Below are positions 12,889 through 25,075 of a DNA stretch of 64,000 nt, piece by piece. Location of the stretch: NCBI RefSeq assembly GCF_006345805.1, contig NC_043009.1, positions 47,616,001-47,680,000 of the forward strand, in the 5' to 3' direction. The stretch is from Octopus sinensis (taxonomy: Eukaryota). A model generated the notes under the pieces. The model was not told where the DNA came from. It did not search any database and saw only the letters and a list, made by a program, of their open reading frames with translations. A program made the translations under genes and the position numbers. Each line of letters opens with the position of its first letter. Within the stretch, counting starts at the first letter, position 1.

Positions 12889-13165
12889 AGGCGTGTGGTT
12901 TAGTGGTCAGGAGCATTCGGCTCATGATCGTAAGATTGTGAGTTCAATTCCTGGCAACGCATTGTGTCCTTGAGCAAGACACTTTGCTCCACTCCACTCA
13001 GCTGATAAAAATGAGTAGTACCTGTATTTCAAAGGGCTTCCCTGAGAACTACGTTAAGGGTACATATGTCAGTGGAGTGCTCAGCCACTTGCACATAAAT
13101 TTCACGAGCAAGCTGTTCTGTTGATCGTATCAGCTGGGACCCTTGTCGCTGTAACCAACAGTGCT
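12889..13165 (+). mobile_element. SINE family C, best-preserved copy
   Basis: tRNA-like head ggcgtgtggtttagtgg..gagttcaattcc; ttgtgtccttgagcaagacac; tail gtggagtgctcagccacttgcac. Confidence 0.85.
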
Positions 13166-13514
13166 CCTATATATATATATACATACATATATATACATAT
13201 ATATACATATATATATATATATACATATATATATACATACATATATATCTATATATATATATATACACATACATATATATATACACATATTATATGAATA
13301 TATATATATATAACAAAATTTACAAATATATTTTTAATATATTTATTTATTTATAGATTTTTTTAAATGTCTGTGGTATTTATATATTTTTATTCTATCA
13401 TGTACATTTGTCATTTATATTGATCTCTAATCGGAGTCATGTTTGCGGATTGAATTACCAGGTCCTTTGTTTCTTCACATCACATATTTATATACATATA
13501 CATAAAGATATATA

Positions 13515-14150
13515 TTGGGTCATCCCATAAATAATATAGTTTTTTTAATTGCATGAACTAAAAGTCAGAGGGGGATGGGATAACCTCCCTGCATCAACTT
13601 GCTATACAAGCAGGTAGTAATTTTACTTTGTCCTTATTCTTAGTGCAATTTGATTTTAACAGTTATTTTTTCAAAACTATAATGGAAATGACAAAGGAGC
13701 ATATTTGGTATATTTTATTTTATGAGTTTAATAAAGGCAACAATGCAAGGAATATTAATGCAGTAAATGGGGATTGGACAATAAGCGTAAGCCAGTATCA
13801 ATGGTGGTTCCAGAAGTTCTGAGCTGGAAACTACAGCCTAGAAGAGGAGCCTCATTCTAGAAGATCTGTAAAGCTCAATGAGGATGTCCTGCAAACCCTG
13901 GTGCAACAAAATCCCATTGTAACCATTCAGGAACTAGCAGAGAAGCTTGGATTTGGTCATTCAATAAGTTGACACCTGCATGCCATTGGAAAAGTCGACA
14001 AATTGGGTGAAAGGGTTTTTCACAAACTTTCTGAGTCTAATTGCATGCAGAGAGTGAATGTGTGCTCTTCTTTGCTGTCATGTCTCACAAATGAACGTTT
14101 TTCGGATTGAATAGTGACTAGAGACAAGAAATGAGTTCTCTATAAAAAAG
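13515..14150 (+). mobile_element. Mariner 5' half (left TIR, N-terminal HTH region, to degenerate TGDEKW)
   Basis: TA + ttgggtcatcccataa; MEMTKEHIWYILFYEFNKGNNA; degenerate WVP and TGDEKW motifs with stops. Confidence 0.9.
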
Positions 14151-14335
14151 CAGGACAAAAATGGCTTTATCGATCGCATTCTCACCTGGAATCGAATTTT
14201 AAAAATTTTTCAAGACTTATACATGCCCTGATACCGTCGGTATCTACATATCAAATTTGAGCGCAATCGGATTGAGGATGCCCGAGATCCTACAAGACAC
14301 ATACACAGACAGACAGAACAGATTTTATATAATAA
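14150..14335 (+). mobile_element. Helitron/Helentron-like non-autonomous 3' fragment
   Basis: caaatttgagcgcaatcgg..gagatcc..acagacagacag..tttatata, typical of DINE/HINE-like ends (recognition only). Confidence 0.45.
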
Positions 14336-14929
14336 ATGTGCATGTTTCCAGGAGGCATTTCAGATTTCTAGCGTCATTTTTATGTCAAATTCATACACAT
14401 CAACAATACTTCTTGGTTTCATAGATGAAGTGAAAATAATTGTTAAGGAAACATCTTATGGAACTAAAAATAACATTTGTACAAACATTAATCTCTTATC
14501 AGAACATGAATTTCATTTCTCAATAATTAAAAATAGTAAATATTCATAAAGATACTAAAAACATTTTCTTTAATTCATGAATCTCATCATTTCATGAATT
14601 AAGAAAACAGTAAATATTTATGAGGAATGTAAATAAAGATTGTAAAAATAAAGAATATTAAGAAGTTAGCAGTGTTTATATGTTGACAGAAATATATTGG
14701 GAAATGAATAATGCCTAGAGGACAGAGTTTGTTTTAGGGGTTACTGGTAACTTGGTTTTGATTTTAAATTGCAATTGGTAGAGCAATAATGTTGTCAGTG
14801 ATTGGTCATTCACAAGTTCATTGTATTTCTGACAATATGAGGAATAAGGAAATACCTGTAGCTCACCACAGAGGTCCTTGGTCTTGCAAAAAACTTCATT
14901 TGAAGACTAGTCTTAATAGAATAATAATA

Positions 14930-15375
14930 ACGAAAGAAATTATTGTATACAGTGCTCAGGTGCACCACAACTTGTCAAAAGTGTGTATAAAGCATATGCA
15001 GTAATGTACAAATGTCTGGAAAGTGAACAGTGTATGAGTCAGATACATGCGTGTGTGTGTATGGAGGGGAGAAAATCAGGTGTAGTGTTGGCGAATCTCA
15101 GGAAGCATGGAAATTTTGAAGGATGCAGTGCTCTGACAACTAACAACGGATGCCAGCAGTTTGTTCCACACTTCAGCAACTCTTAGCGTGAAAAAATGTT
15201 TCCGAAAGTCATGGGAGATGTGCTGTTTTCTGACTTTGTAAACATGTCCATGGGTGTTAGACAGGTGGAGTTTGAAAAGGTGCTCAGAGTTATTGTTTGT
15301 AAGATGGTTAATAACTTTATGGGTGTCTGCCAAGTCAGCTACCAGGCGCTGGAGTTTCAATATGCCATCATATAA
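14930..15375 (-). mobile_element. CR1-clade LINE 3' end (RT C-terminus, 3' UTR, ATT tail)
   Basis: LVADLADTHKVI..HGHVYKV..RKHFFTLRVAEVWNKL..S..FK matches the CR1 C-terminal consensus; stop at 15076. Confidence 0.88.
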
Positions 15376-15514
15376 CATTTTCCATGATATATACACAAGT
15401 GAAACATACAAGCATAGATATGCACGCACAAGCACATACAAATTTACATACATGCAAATACTTGTGCTCACACACACATAAGTGCGTGCATATATTTCTC
15501 TGATTAAATCATAA

Positions 15515-15665
15515 TCTTCATCATCATCATTACTATCATCATTCAATGTTTGTTTTCATTGCTGGCATGGGTTAAACGTTTCGACATGAACTGAGAGTCA
15601 GAGGTCTACGATAAACCCCGATGTCTGCTTTGGCATGGTTTCTACTGCTGGATGCTCTTCCTTGA
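15515..15665 (-). mobile_element. RTE-tailed repeat fragment
   Basis: gctggcatgggtt..tttggcatggtttctac.gctggatgc. Confidence 0.7.
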
Positions 15666-16340
15666 GGCGTTAACCACCATAACATTAAAAAATACTGAAG
15701 GAAAAAATAATTCAGAGGAAATTCACTCAATGATTCTCCCAAAATAAACACACATGGGACAAACAGTAGTTTTCTTTTTTTTCTTTTTTGACATGAAACT
15801 CTGCCTCTAATGATACTAAGCTTTGTTTTTCACACAGAAGAATGCTTAATTGTTGATATCAACCCCAAACAATAACACCTTTTGAACTGTAGTAAAGTGT
15901 GGTTTGGATTCAGTGAGTTACAATTTTGTGCAGTACAGGACCTAAAGAACATATAACTGTTTGTATATGCTGCATGATTGGATATTAAATGTTACACTGA
16001 GTACTTAGCCAACTTGTCAGACTCAAATGGCTGAAAGCATACAACCTCTCTATGGCTGAGGGGAGGAATATGCTATGGTCAGTTAATTTTGTACACAAAA
16101 CTATATATTGCTGATATTATTGCTCCAATGTTTTAGAGTGAGCTTCTTGTTTGAGTATATGAAATACTGACTATATATAGGTATGTGTGTGTGTGAGTAT
16201 ACACATACACACATTTACACATATATATATGTATGCATGTATACACATACACACACAAAGTAATTTTGATAAACACATGTTTATATCATTTGTTCCTAAG
16301 AAGTTGTATATCTAGATGTACATTCAAGGTACAAGATAGA

Positions 16341-16376
<36 letters not shown>

Positions 16377-17114
16377 CATACATATTATATAAACGTCATT
16401 CTGCACGTGTCTCTAAGCCTCCGAGACCTCATCCAAAATATTACCATACAGCAGAAATAGACATCAAACACAACACACACACCTGTCATTTACAAACTGC
16501 TTCTTCTCCCCAATTTTCTTATAGATATCTCAAGCATCTCTGTTGCTCTGAATGAGCAAACTCTATGCTTCTTTTGCAATTGAGTCCCTACTGTGTTTTA
16601 GGTATTAGATACTATACTAAACGCTTTTTGAAAACCATTCTTCACAAAAGTTGCATCCTTTCGTAATTACGGATATTCAAATAGCACATCATTCACACAT
16701 CTCTCAACATTCTGAGAGTGTTTGCAAAACCCATGGCATTACTCACTCCTCATCAGTAACTGACAATACATAAGTGATTGTATATAATTCCTAAATGTTT
16801 TAAATGAACATAGACCAACTACTTTTATGATTCCAAGTTTTGCTGTATTGAGGAGCTCAAATCAGAGTGAAATAACGTTATCTACAGCTACTAGGAGATG
16901 CAAAATGAGATAAAAGAAAAATGAATTATATGGAAATATTATTTCATATGTTCTCTCACTCATAAGAAAATGACTTCTCATAATAATCATAATAATAAGG
17001 CAAAAAAAAATTATAAACCCTCCCTTTTATTTCTTAGAAATAAGTGGAAATTTTACTGGTGAGTGTGTTAAATAATAAGGCACTAAAAGAGAATGACTCT
17101 CCCCAGACACAACA

Positions 17115-17151
<37 letters not shown>

Positions 17152-17581
17152 AGAGAGAGAGAGAGAGAGAGACTCGATCCAGTTTGAGATAAAAATCATT
17201 TAATATATATGGTATTTAAATATGAGCTACAAATAGTTACATACTGTGAAAACAAAATAATTTGGCAGATTTAAATATTGTACCTTGTGCCTCCAAGCAT
17301 TTTTCCAGTCTCTATACATGTATTGATCATGAAGGACTTTTTGGAGACACAAGGCAGGTTATATAAATCTGCAGAATCATTGTGTTTCCACAGCATGAAA
17401 CTATTAGTAGCTCATATTTAAATATTGCCTATATAATCTACACACACATAAACACAAACACTTATTTGTACATAATCTGGAAAATTTGATGCAAGTCACT
17501 GGGGTTAAAATTGGAGGGAAGTATTACAGGCAACTATGGAAAGAAAGTGTTGGAAGGTGCTAATGTGTGTGCGTGTATTAA

Positions 17582-17803
17582 CCCTTTCACTACTGTATTT
17601 ATTTTGAGATGCTCTGTGTTTCTTTCAATTAATTTTAAATATAACAAAGAATTTAGTAAAACAACTTAGTTATCATTAAGCTAGTGTTAGGAACATAAAT
17701 TTTGACTAAGGTTTGGTGGAAGAATTTAATTCAAAATTTATGAAAACAAGACATTTGTACTACAGAGCCAGAGCTGGTTTTGGCCGGGTTAGTAACAAAA
17801 GGG
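17582..17803. mobile_element. piggyBac-like MITE, 222 bp
   Basis: TTAA at 17578-17581 and 17804-17807; TIR ccctttcactac / gtaacaaaaggg. Confidence 0.85.
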
Positions 17804-17939
17804 TTAATATATCTTTGAGAAAAAATGTGAAGATTACATTATACTGAAGTAAAAGTTATATATGCATATGTATGTATGTATGTATATATATGTATATATA
17901 TACACACACAAACACATACACACGTATATATATATATAT

Positions 17940-18152
17940 ATATAATATATATATATAGATATATAAATACACACACACACATATATATACATATATATAT
18001 ATATACGATGGGCTTCTTTCAGTTTCTGTCTACCAAATCCACTTACAAGGCTTTTGTTGGCCTGAGGCTGTAGTAGAAGACATTTGCCCAAAGTGCCACG
18101 CAGAACCATGTGGTTGGGAAGCAAGCTTCTTACCACACAGCCACCTCTGCGC
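17940..18152 (-). mobile_element. SINE A 5' part
   Basis: gggcttctttcagtttctgtctacc..ccacacagccac. Confidence 0.85.
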
Positions 18153-18255
18153 TTATATTTACATATATCTATATATATATATTTAGATGGATAGATACAT
18201 AACCATGTATATATATGTATGCATGTATGTATGTGTGTGTATATATATATACATA

Positions 18256-18432
18256 GGGAGAATTCACAAAAAACAAAAGACAAAGACAAGTGGTTTAGAC
18301 AACAAACAGATGTATTAGTATAACACTCGCGAAGTGAAAAAGTCTTTAACGTTTCGAGCCTACGCTCTTCCACAGAAAGGAACACAGAAAGAAACAAGGA
18401 GAGAAAATAAAGAATGTGTAGTGGCTAGCGAT
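18256..18432 (-). mobile_element. Penelope-like terminal repeat with degenerate hammerhead-like motif
   Basis: Minus strand ctgtggaa-gagc-gtag-gctc-gaaacgtt (18351-18375). Confidence 0.45.
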
Positions 18433-18488
18433 CTTGAGTGTGTATTATACATACACATAGCTACATACAAACACATGTATACACACAG

Positions 18489-18533
<45 letters not shown>

Positions 18534-18564
18534 ATAAGTGTGGATACACATACACACACACACA

Positions 18565-19822
18565 TTAGGTCATCCCATAAGTTCTGTCCGACTTTACTTT
18601 TTTTTAAATTGAATTAAATTTAATAGTATTTTAGAATGTCTAATTGAATTAAAAACTATTTTTATGCATTTGTGTACATTTAAACTAATTAAATATTATT
18701 TTACAGAATAATAGAATTAAAATTTCTTTGAGTAAAACCCTTTCTAACATGGAAGTGTCCAAAAAGCATTTAAGGCACATAATGCTTTATGAGTACAAAA
18801 AAGGAAACTCTGCAGCCAAAGCGACTCGAAACATACACTCAGTTTATGGGAAAGAATGCTTGAATGAAAGAATTGTAGAAGAAGGTTTGCAAAATTCAGA
18901 AGTCGAGATTCCAGCCTTGAAGGTGAAGATCAAACAGGACATCCAGTTGAGTTTGATGATAAGCTCCTTGAGGCATTACTTGAAGAAAATCCTGCATTAT
19001 CAGTTGAAGAATTGGCAATAAAGTTTAGTTCAAACCATACAACTGTTCATTGTCATCTTCAACAACTTGGAAAGGTTCCTAAACTTGGAAAATGGGAGCC
19101 TTATGAATTGTCCAAAAGTAACAGCAAATCCCGAGTTGATATCTGCTCTTCTCTCCATTCTCGCAAACTCATTTCACCCTTTTAGGGTAGACTTTTGACT
19201 GGTGATGAAAAATGGATCTTCTATCGAAATGTAAATGTCATAAACAGTAGCTTGGTAAAAGGGAAATAGCTCAACCACAACCAAGAAGGGAACTTCATGG
19301 GGAAAAGGTTCTTCTCTCCATCTGGTGGGATTGCAAAGGAGTAATTCACTTTGAATTGTTACCACCTAATGCGACAATCAATGCTCAACTCTACTGTCAG
19401 CAATTAGAGCGTTTGAACCAAGCTTTGAAGGAGTGATGTTTCATCAGGACAATGCGCGACCCCACACTGCTTAGATCACATCACAGAAGATCGAAGAGCT
19501 TGGTTGGGAAAAAATTCCTCATCCACCTTATTCTCCCAACCTTGCTCCTTCAGACTACCATTTGTTTCATAGTTTGCAGAATCATTTGGGGGTCACATAA
19601 CTTTCGCAAGCCAGGAGGAGGTTGAAACTGACATTTCAGAGTTCTTTGCTTTGAAACCAAAAGAGTTTTACATTGATGGGATTAAAAAAGATTGTAAATA
19701 GATGGAAGGAAGTCACAGATAATCAGGGAAAGTACATTGATGATTAAATTTCAATTAAATACAATATTTGATCACTTGTTTTCTTTATTCAAAACTCGGA
19801 CAGAACTTATGAGATTACCTGA
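18565..19822 (+). mobile_element. Full-length mariner (1258 bp), transposase pseudogene
   Basis: 27-bp TIRs ttaggtcatcccataagttctgtccga / tcggacagaacttatgagattacctga, TA at 3' side; TGDEKW, HQDNARPH, YSPNLAPSDY; several stops and frameshifts. Confidence 0.95.
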
Positions 19823-20508
19823 TACATATATGTGTTTATTGCACCCAAAGGTAAACAAGGATAATATTTTCAAACTATTGTTCTATTCAATCGGCTTTCA
19901 GGTTGGCTACACATCAGCAGAAGTTCACTCAAGTGTTTAGTTGACCGATAGCTTGATTCAATAGTACTATGGCTAGAAAATATATAATCCCTATTTATGT
20001 TTCACTTCGATAAAGATATATCATGAAATATATATGTCATAGTTTTCACACTATGTAACAAAACGGTATTGAATACTTATATGATTTTGTACCACGCAAC
20101 AAACCAAAACCACATACATACATACATAAATACATGCACACATACACACACACATGTGCACACATACATATACACACAAATACATATATACCTAAATATA
20201 TATATTACATGTATACACCATATAAATATATGTATATATGTATGCCTGTATATATATAAATAAATATATTGTTCAAAACAGTTTAATTCAGATTCTGTGC
20301 TACTTCAAGTTTCAAATCCCCTAATGGAGCCTCTTGTTAGGCAGGCCAGAATTATATATGTATACATATATATTTACATACACACATGTGCACACAAACA
20401 TTAAATATTATATATATATATATATATACATACGTATATATACTATATATTGTACACGTACACAAACGCATATTTGTATACATAAATGCACATATGCACA
20501 TCTACATC

Positions 20509-20542
<34 letters not shown>

Positions 20543-20787
20543 CATACACATATATGTATGTATGATAGCTTAATGGAAGCAACAAAACTAAATGATTTCC
20601 TTTCAAGCATGCAACTCAAACTCACACGCACACACACACACACACATGTACATGCATACATGCACGTGAAAGCAAATCATTTTGACCTGTCACTTCCTTA
20701 AGGTGCATTGTACTTTTTCATCACAGAAATTAAATGCTTATGTACAGAAAAACATATATCTATATATCTATATATATATATATATAT

Positions 20788-20835
<48 letters not shown>

Positions 20836-20880
20836 ACACACACACGCACATACACACATGTGAACGCAATATGTTCTTAC

Positions 20881-20940
20881 TTGATTTTCAATCAGTTGTA
20901 ATGTCCCTTTCTGTTCCTCTCCTATGTAATCACAAACTGC
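20881..20940 (-). CDS. Candidate host exon AVCDYIGEEQKGTLQLIENQ (SH3-like AxxDY..LxL start)
   Basis: Strong acceptor tttctgtcttctctttgcag, strong donor CAA/gtaaga; 60 nt, phase 0-0, open. Confidence 0.75.
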
Positions 20941-22000
20941 CTGCAAAGAGAAGACAGAAATAGTTCATATTTCAAAATAATGTTTCATTTATATTGTACA
21001 ACAACAACAGATATTCTGTACATACATACATACAAACATGCATACATGTATGGAAGTGTGTATGTGTATATATATATATATATATATAAACAGACACACA
21101 CACGCATATATACATATATGTAAATGTGTGTGTATGTGTGTGTGTTTGTGCATGTGTGCATATGCATGTATATATACACATACACACACACATGTGTCTG
21201 GGTCCTAAGGTATATATATTTACATATACATAGAGGTGGTGGTGTGAGTGTGTGAATGAAGGGGAACGTATGATGGGAAAAATAATTATGTACATGGTGA
21301 ATGGGAGGTAGTATGTATGTGTGTATGTGTTGTGTATATGTATGTATGTATGAAATATAAGACTAGGTGAGTGTTTTATGTGTGAATAGATTAGATTGAG
21401 TGTATATGTCTATAGTTACATGTATGTGCAAGAGAGGATACATATGTAAATAAATATATTTGAATGTGGTTTGAGAAAGCTTGTGAATATCTGTGGACAT
21501 TTGTATGTATATGTTTGAAAGCGTATGTAGAAGATATGTAGTTGGGTGTATGTGTTTGAAAGAACAATGGAATAACAGAGATGATGTATGTGTAAATTGT
21601 AAATATTTATATATTAGCAGATATATTTGCATGTGAGTGTGTGCATATAAATGAAGTTATGTATGTTTAAGGTTTAAGATAGTTGCAGTTATGTATAAAT
21701 CATTCTTGTGTACACACACATACACACACGTGTTTGTGAGCACGCACACAGACACACACACACAAGTACACATAGACACACATACACATACACAAAGACA
21801 TATACATACGCACTGACACAGGTATACACACTCACACATGTGTGATGCTTTACGTCAATGAAATCTTCCTTGTATGTTTGCATAAGTATAAAGGGGAAAG
21901 GTCTGTGAATAGGAGAGTAAGTAAATGAAAGAAAGAGAGAGGGGTGAAAGAGAAAGACAGAAGGTGAGAGGAATACAGATAGATAGATAGAAAGATAGAT

Positions 22001-22065
<65 letters not shown>

Positions 22066-22067
22066 AC

Positions 22068-22102
22068 CTGTATATCGTCTTGCAATTTGATCCTACCTAG
22101 AT
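22068..22102 (-). CDS. Candidate 35-nt exon (D)LGRIKLQDDIQ
   Basis: Acceptor tttccccttcacag; weak donor CAG/gttctc; phase 1-0 joins 20940 to give ..DDIQAVCDY. Confidence 0.4.
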
Positions 22103-22462
22103 CTGTGAAGGGGAAATTATCTCTTTGATTGTCAATTATTCATCTATGCATTTCCTGTCTTTCCCCAGTTGGTAGAGCTGTGATGTCATATTACAGCATT
22201 GCTGGCAAATATAATGGAAGGTCACTGTTACATCTCTCAAGATAGCACAGTTTCAGCACAGCACAGCACAGCACAACACAGCACAGCACAACACAGCTCA
22301 TAGTTTTGGTACAGCGTCGATGGTTTTTAACTCTACTGTCACTACAGAGGTCATTTAATGAAATGAAGCAACTGAAGATGGTCAGAGGTGGTCCTATTAA
22401 CATTGAAGTTATTGTAAATATTGAGTTTATTTTACTGATATTATTGATTTTTTTTCTAACAG

Positions 22463-22532
22463 ATTACAGATTTATAAAGGAGGGAAATGGAGCACGGAAA
22501 CATCATATATTTGGAAAGACTGAAATGGAATG
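22463..22532 (+). CDS. Candidate plus-strand exon (D)YRFIKEGNGARKHHIFGKTEME(W)
   Basis: Strong acceptor tttttttctaacag; weak donor TG/gtttga; 70 nt open, phase 1-2. Confidence 0.4.
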
Positions 22533-22574
22533 GTTTGAAACAGCAATTAAAATCAGATGGAGACAACTTAATAC

Positions 22575-22950
22575 TCTTACTTGTTTCAGTTATTTGACTG
22601 CGGCCATGCTGGAGCACCGCCTTTAGTCAAGCAAATCGACCCCGGGACTTATTCTTTGTAAGCCCAGTACTTATTTTATCGGTCTCTTTTGCCGAACCGC
22701 TAAGTGACGGGGACGTAAACACACCAGCATCGGTTGTCAAGCAATGCTAGGGGGACAAACACACACACACATATATATACATATATACGACAGGCTTCTT
22801 TCAGTTTCCGTCTACCAAATCCACTCACAAGGCATTGGTCGGCCCGGGGCTATAGCAGAAGACACTTGCCCAAGATGCCACGCAGTGGGACTGAACCCAG
22901 AACCATGTGGCTGGTTAGCAAGCTACTTACCACACAGCCACTCCTGCGCC
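22575..22950 (-). mobile_element. Young full-length SINE A
   Basis: Near-consensus reverse complement of 8004-8430. Confidence 0.92.
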
Positions 22951-22989
22951 TAATGGTACTTTTCTTCTTTTTTTCTTGTGATTTAGTAA

Positions 22990-23355
22990 TTTTATTTGAA
23001 ACATATAGGTGCCAGGGCCGCCTGATTGGCTCCCGTGCCAGTGGCACGTAAAAAGCATCATCTGAATGTGGCCGTTGCCAATACCCCCTGACTACCTCTT
23101 GTGCTGGTGGCGCGTAAAAAGCAATATCTGAATGTGACCGATGCCAAGCCCGCCTAACTGGCTCCTGTACTGGTGGCACATAAAATGCACCCACTACAAT
23201 CTTTGAGTAGTTGGCGTTAGGAAGGGCATCCAGCTGTAGAAACATTGCCAGATCAGATTGGAGCCCGGTGTAGGTGCTGGCTTTCCAGACCTAAGTCAAA
23301 TCATCCAACCCATGCCATCATGGAAAACGGATGTTAAACAATGATAATGATGACA
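22990..23355 (+). mobile_element. RTE-tailed repeat with internal gtgccagtggcacgtaaaa tandem units
   Basis: ggcgttaggaagggcatccagc..ccaacccatgcc..catggaaaacggatgttaa. Confidence 0.8.
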
Positions 23356-23419
23356 TAAATGTAACATTAGTTCAAAGCTGGTGATTTGCTCCAGGCCAAG
23401 TTGCTGCTTCTCTGCATTG

Positions 23420-23765
23420 TGAGGTCACACAGTTCCAGCCACACAGTTCCAGCCACACAGTTCCAGGTTCAGTCCCATTGCATGGCACCTTGGGCTGACC
23501 AAAGCCATATGAGTGAATCTAATAGCTGGACACTGAAAGAATTCCATCATATGTGTATGTGTGTGTGTCTGCGTCCCCTCCTCACTGTTTGACAATCAGT
23601 GTTGATGTGTTTATGTCCCTGAACCTTAGTGGTTCAGCAAAAGAGACTAATACAATAATACCACGTTTAAAAAAATATAGGTACTGGGTCAATTGGTTTG
23701 ACTAAAATTCTCCAAGGTGGTGCCCCAGCTAGGCCACACACTAATGATTGAAACAAGCGAAAAAA
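23420..23765 (+). mobile_element. Degenerate SINE A
   Basis: ggttcagtccc..ggcaccttggg..gattgaaacaag. Confidence 0.75.
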
Positions 23766-24099
23766 ATAAAGAAAAAAAGATAAAAGATAGTAGAAAAAAT
23801 ATTCTTAGATGCAAGAGTGTGTATGTGCATATGTGTGTGTGTGTGTGTGTGTGTGTGTACATGTGCGTATGTAGTGTGTGCATGTGTGTGTGAGTGTGTG
23901 TGTGTATGTGTGTGTGCTCGTGTGTTTGACAATGGACTTACCCACTGCCATAAGATCAAAAAGACATAGGAAACATGATGTCAGATAATAGGTGTAGAGA
24001 GCCGTGAGAGAAAGAAATATTAAAAAAATGTGAATGAAAGAAAAACAGAAAAAAATTAATCACAGAATGGTGAATAGCAATAAAGAGTGAGTGTAATAG

Positions 24100-24525
24100 C
24101 GCAGAACAAATAAAGCCCAAAATTTTTGGGGAGAGGGGGGCAGTCGATTAGCTCAACTCCAGTATGCAACTGGTACTTAATTTATCAACCCTGAAAAGAT
24201 GAAAGGCAAAGTCAACCTTGGCGGAATTTGGAGGCAGAACATGGTAACAGGCGAAATACTGCTAAGCATTTTGGCTAGCATGCTAACAATTCTGCCAGCT
24301 CACCACCTTAATAATAATAATAATAATAATAATAATCTTCTCTACTATAGGCACAAGGACTGAAATTTGTGGGGGAGGGGCTAGTCGATTATATTGACCC
24401 CAGCATTTGACTGGTACTTATGTCACTGACCCCAAAAGGATGAAAGACAAAGTTGACCTTGGTGGAATTTGAACTCAGAACATAATGGCAGACAAAATAC
24501 GGCTAAGCATTTCATCCAGCTTGCA
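24100..24525 (-). mobile_element. Two head-to-tail SINE B copies separated by (TAA)n
   Basis: Two family B cores; (TAA)n at 24308-24335. Confidence 0.85.
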
Positions 24526-24534
24526 ATAATAATA

Positions 24535-24593
<59 letters not shown>

Positions 24594-24609
24594 AATGATA
24601 ATAATGATA

Positions 24610-24675
<66 letters not shown>

Positions 24676-24700
24676 TAATAATAATAATAATAATAATAAC
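24526..24700. repeat. (GAT)n-(TAA)n compound microsatellite
   Basis: Direct reading. Confidence 0.95.
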
Positions 24701-24790
24701 CCTTATGAGACAGGTCTTCATGATAGTTATACTGGGCTTCGTATATTTTACCCCAGTGTCACTTTGATGGCTTGCACTGCTCTCTCACTC
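24697..24790 (+). mobile_element. Short 3' tail of (TAA)n-associated LINE family (probably Dong/R4)
   Basis: gggcttcgtatattttaccccagtgtcactttgatggc..actgctctctcactc-(aat)n; near-identical to 45640-45700. Confidence 0.7.
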
Positions 24791-25075
24791 AATAATAATA
24801 ATTCCTTTTTATTGGCCACAAGGGCTGACACGCATGATTACATAAAGGGACAAGACAGGACGAAAGGTTACAAAGGGTTTTGCCGTTTTTTTAAAAACAT
24901 CGAGTAAAAATCTTTATAACAACTTATAAAATTCAACAATGAAAAACTCCCAAAAGGGGGAGACGTTTCGAAAGGTTCCTGGTGGAAAAAACCCTACAAA
25001 AGCCAACGGGAGCCTGGTCAAAAAAGGGGGTGTAGAGAGTCCCCTTTTTTCTCCTTTTGAATTACCTTTTTGAAA

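Noticed and set aside
14856-14911. Possible minus exon (SSNEVFCKTKDLCGELQ or TSLQMKFFARPRTSVVSY) with CAG/gtattt donor
   Set aside because: Its apparent pyrimidine tract is the (ATT)n tail of the adjacent CR1 copy
15838-15913. Good plus-strand acceptor and gtgagt donor pair
   Set aside because: Stops in all three frames; at most a non-coding exon
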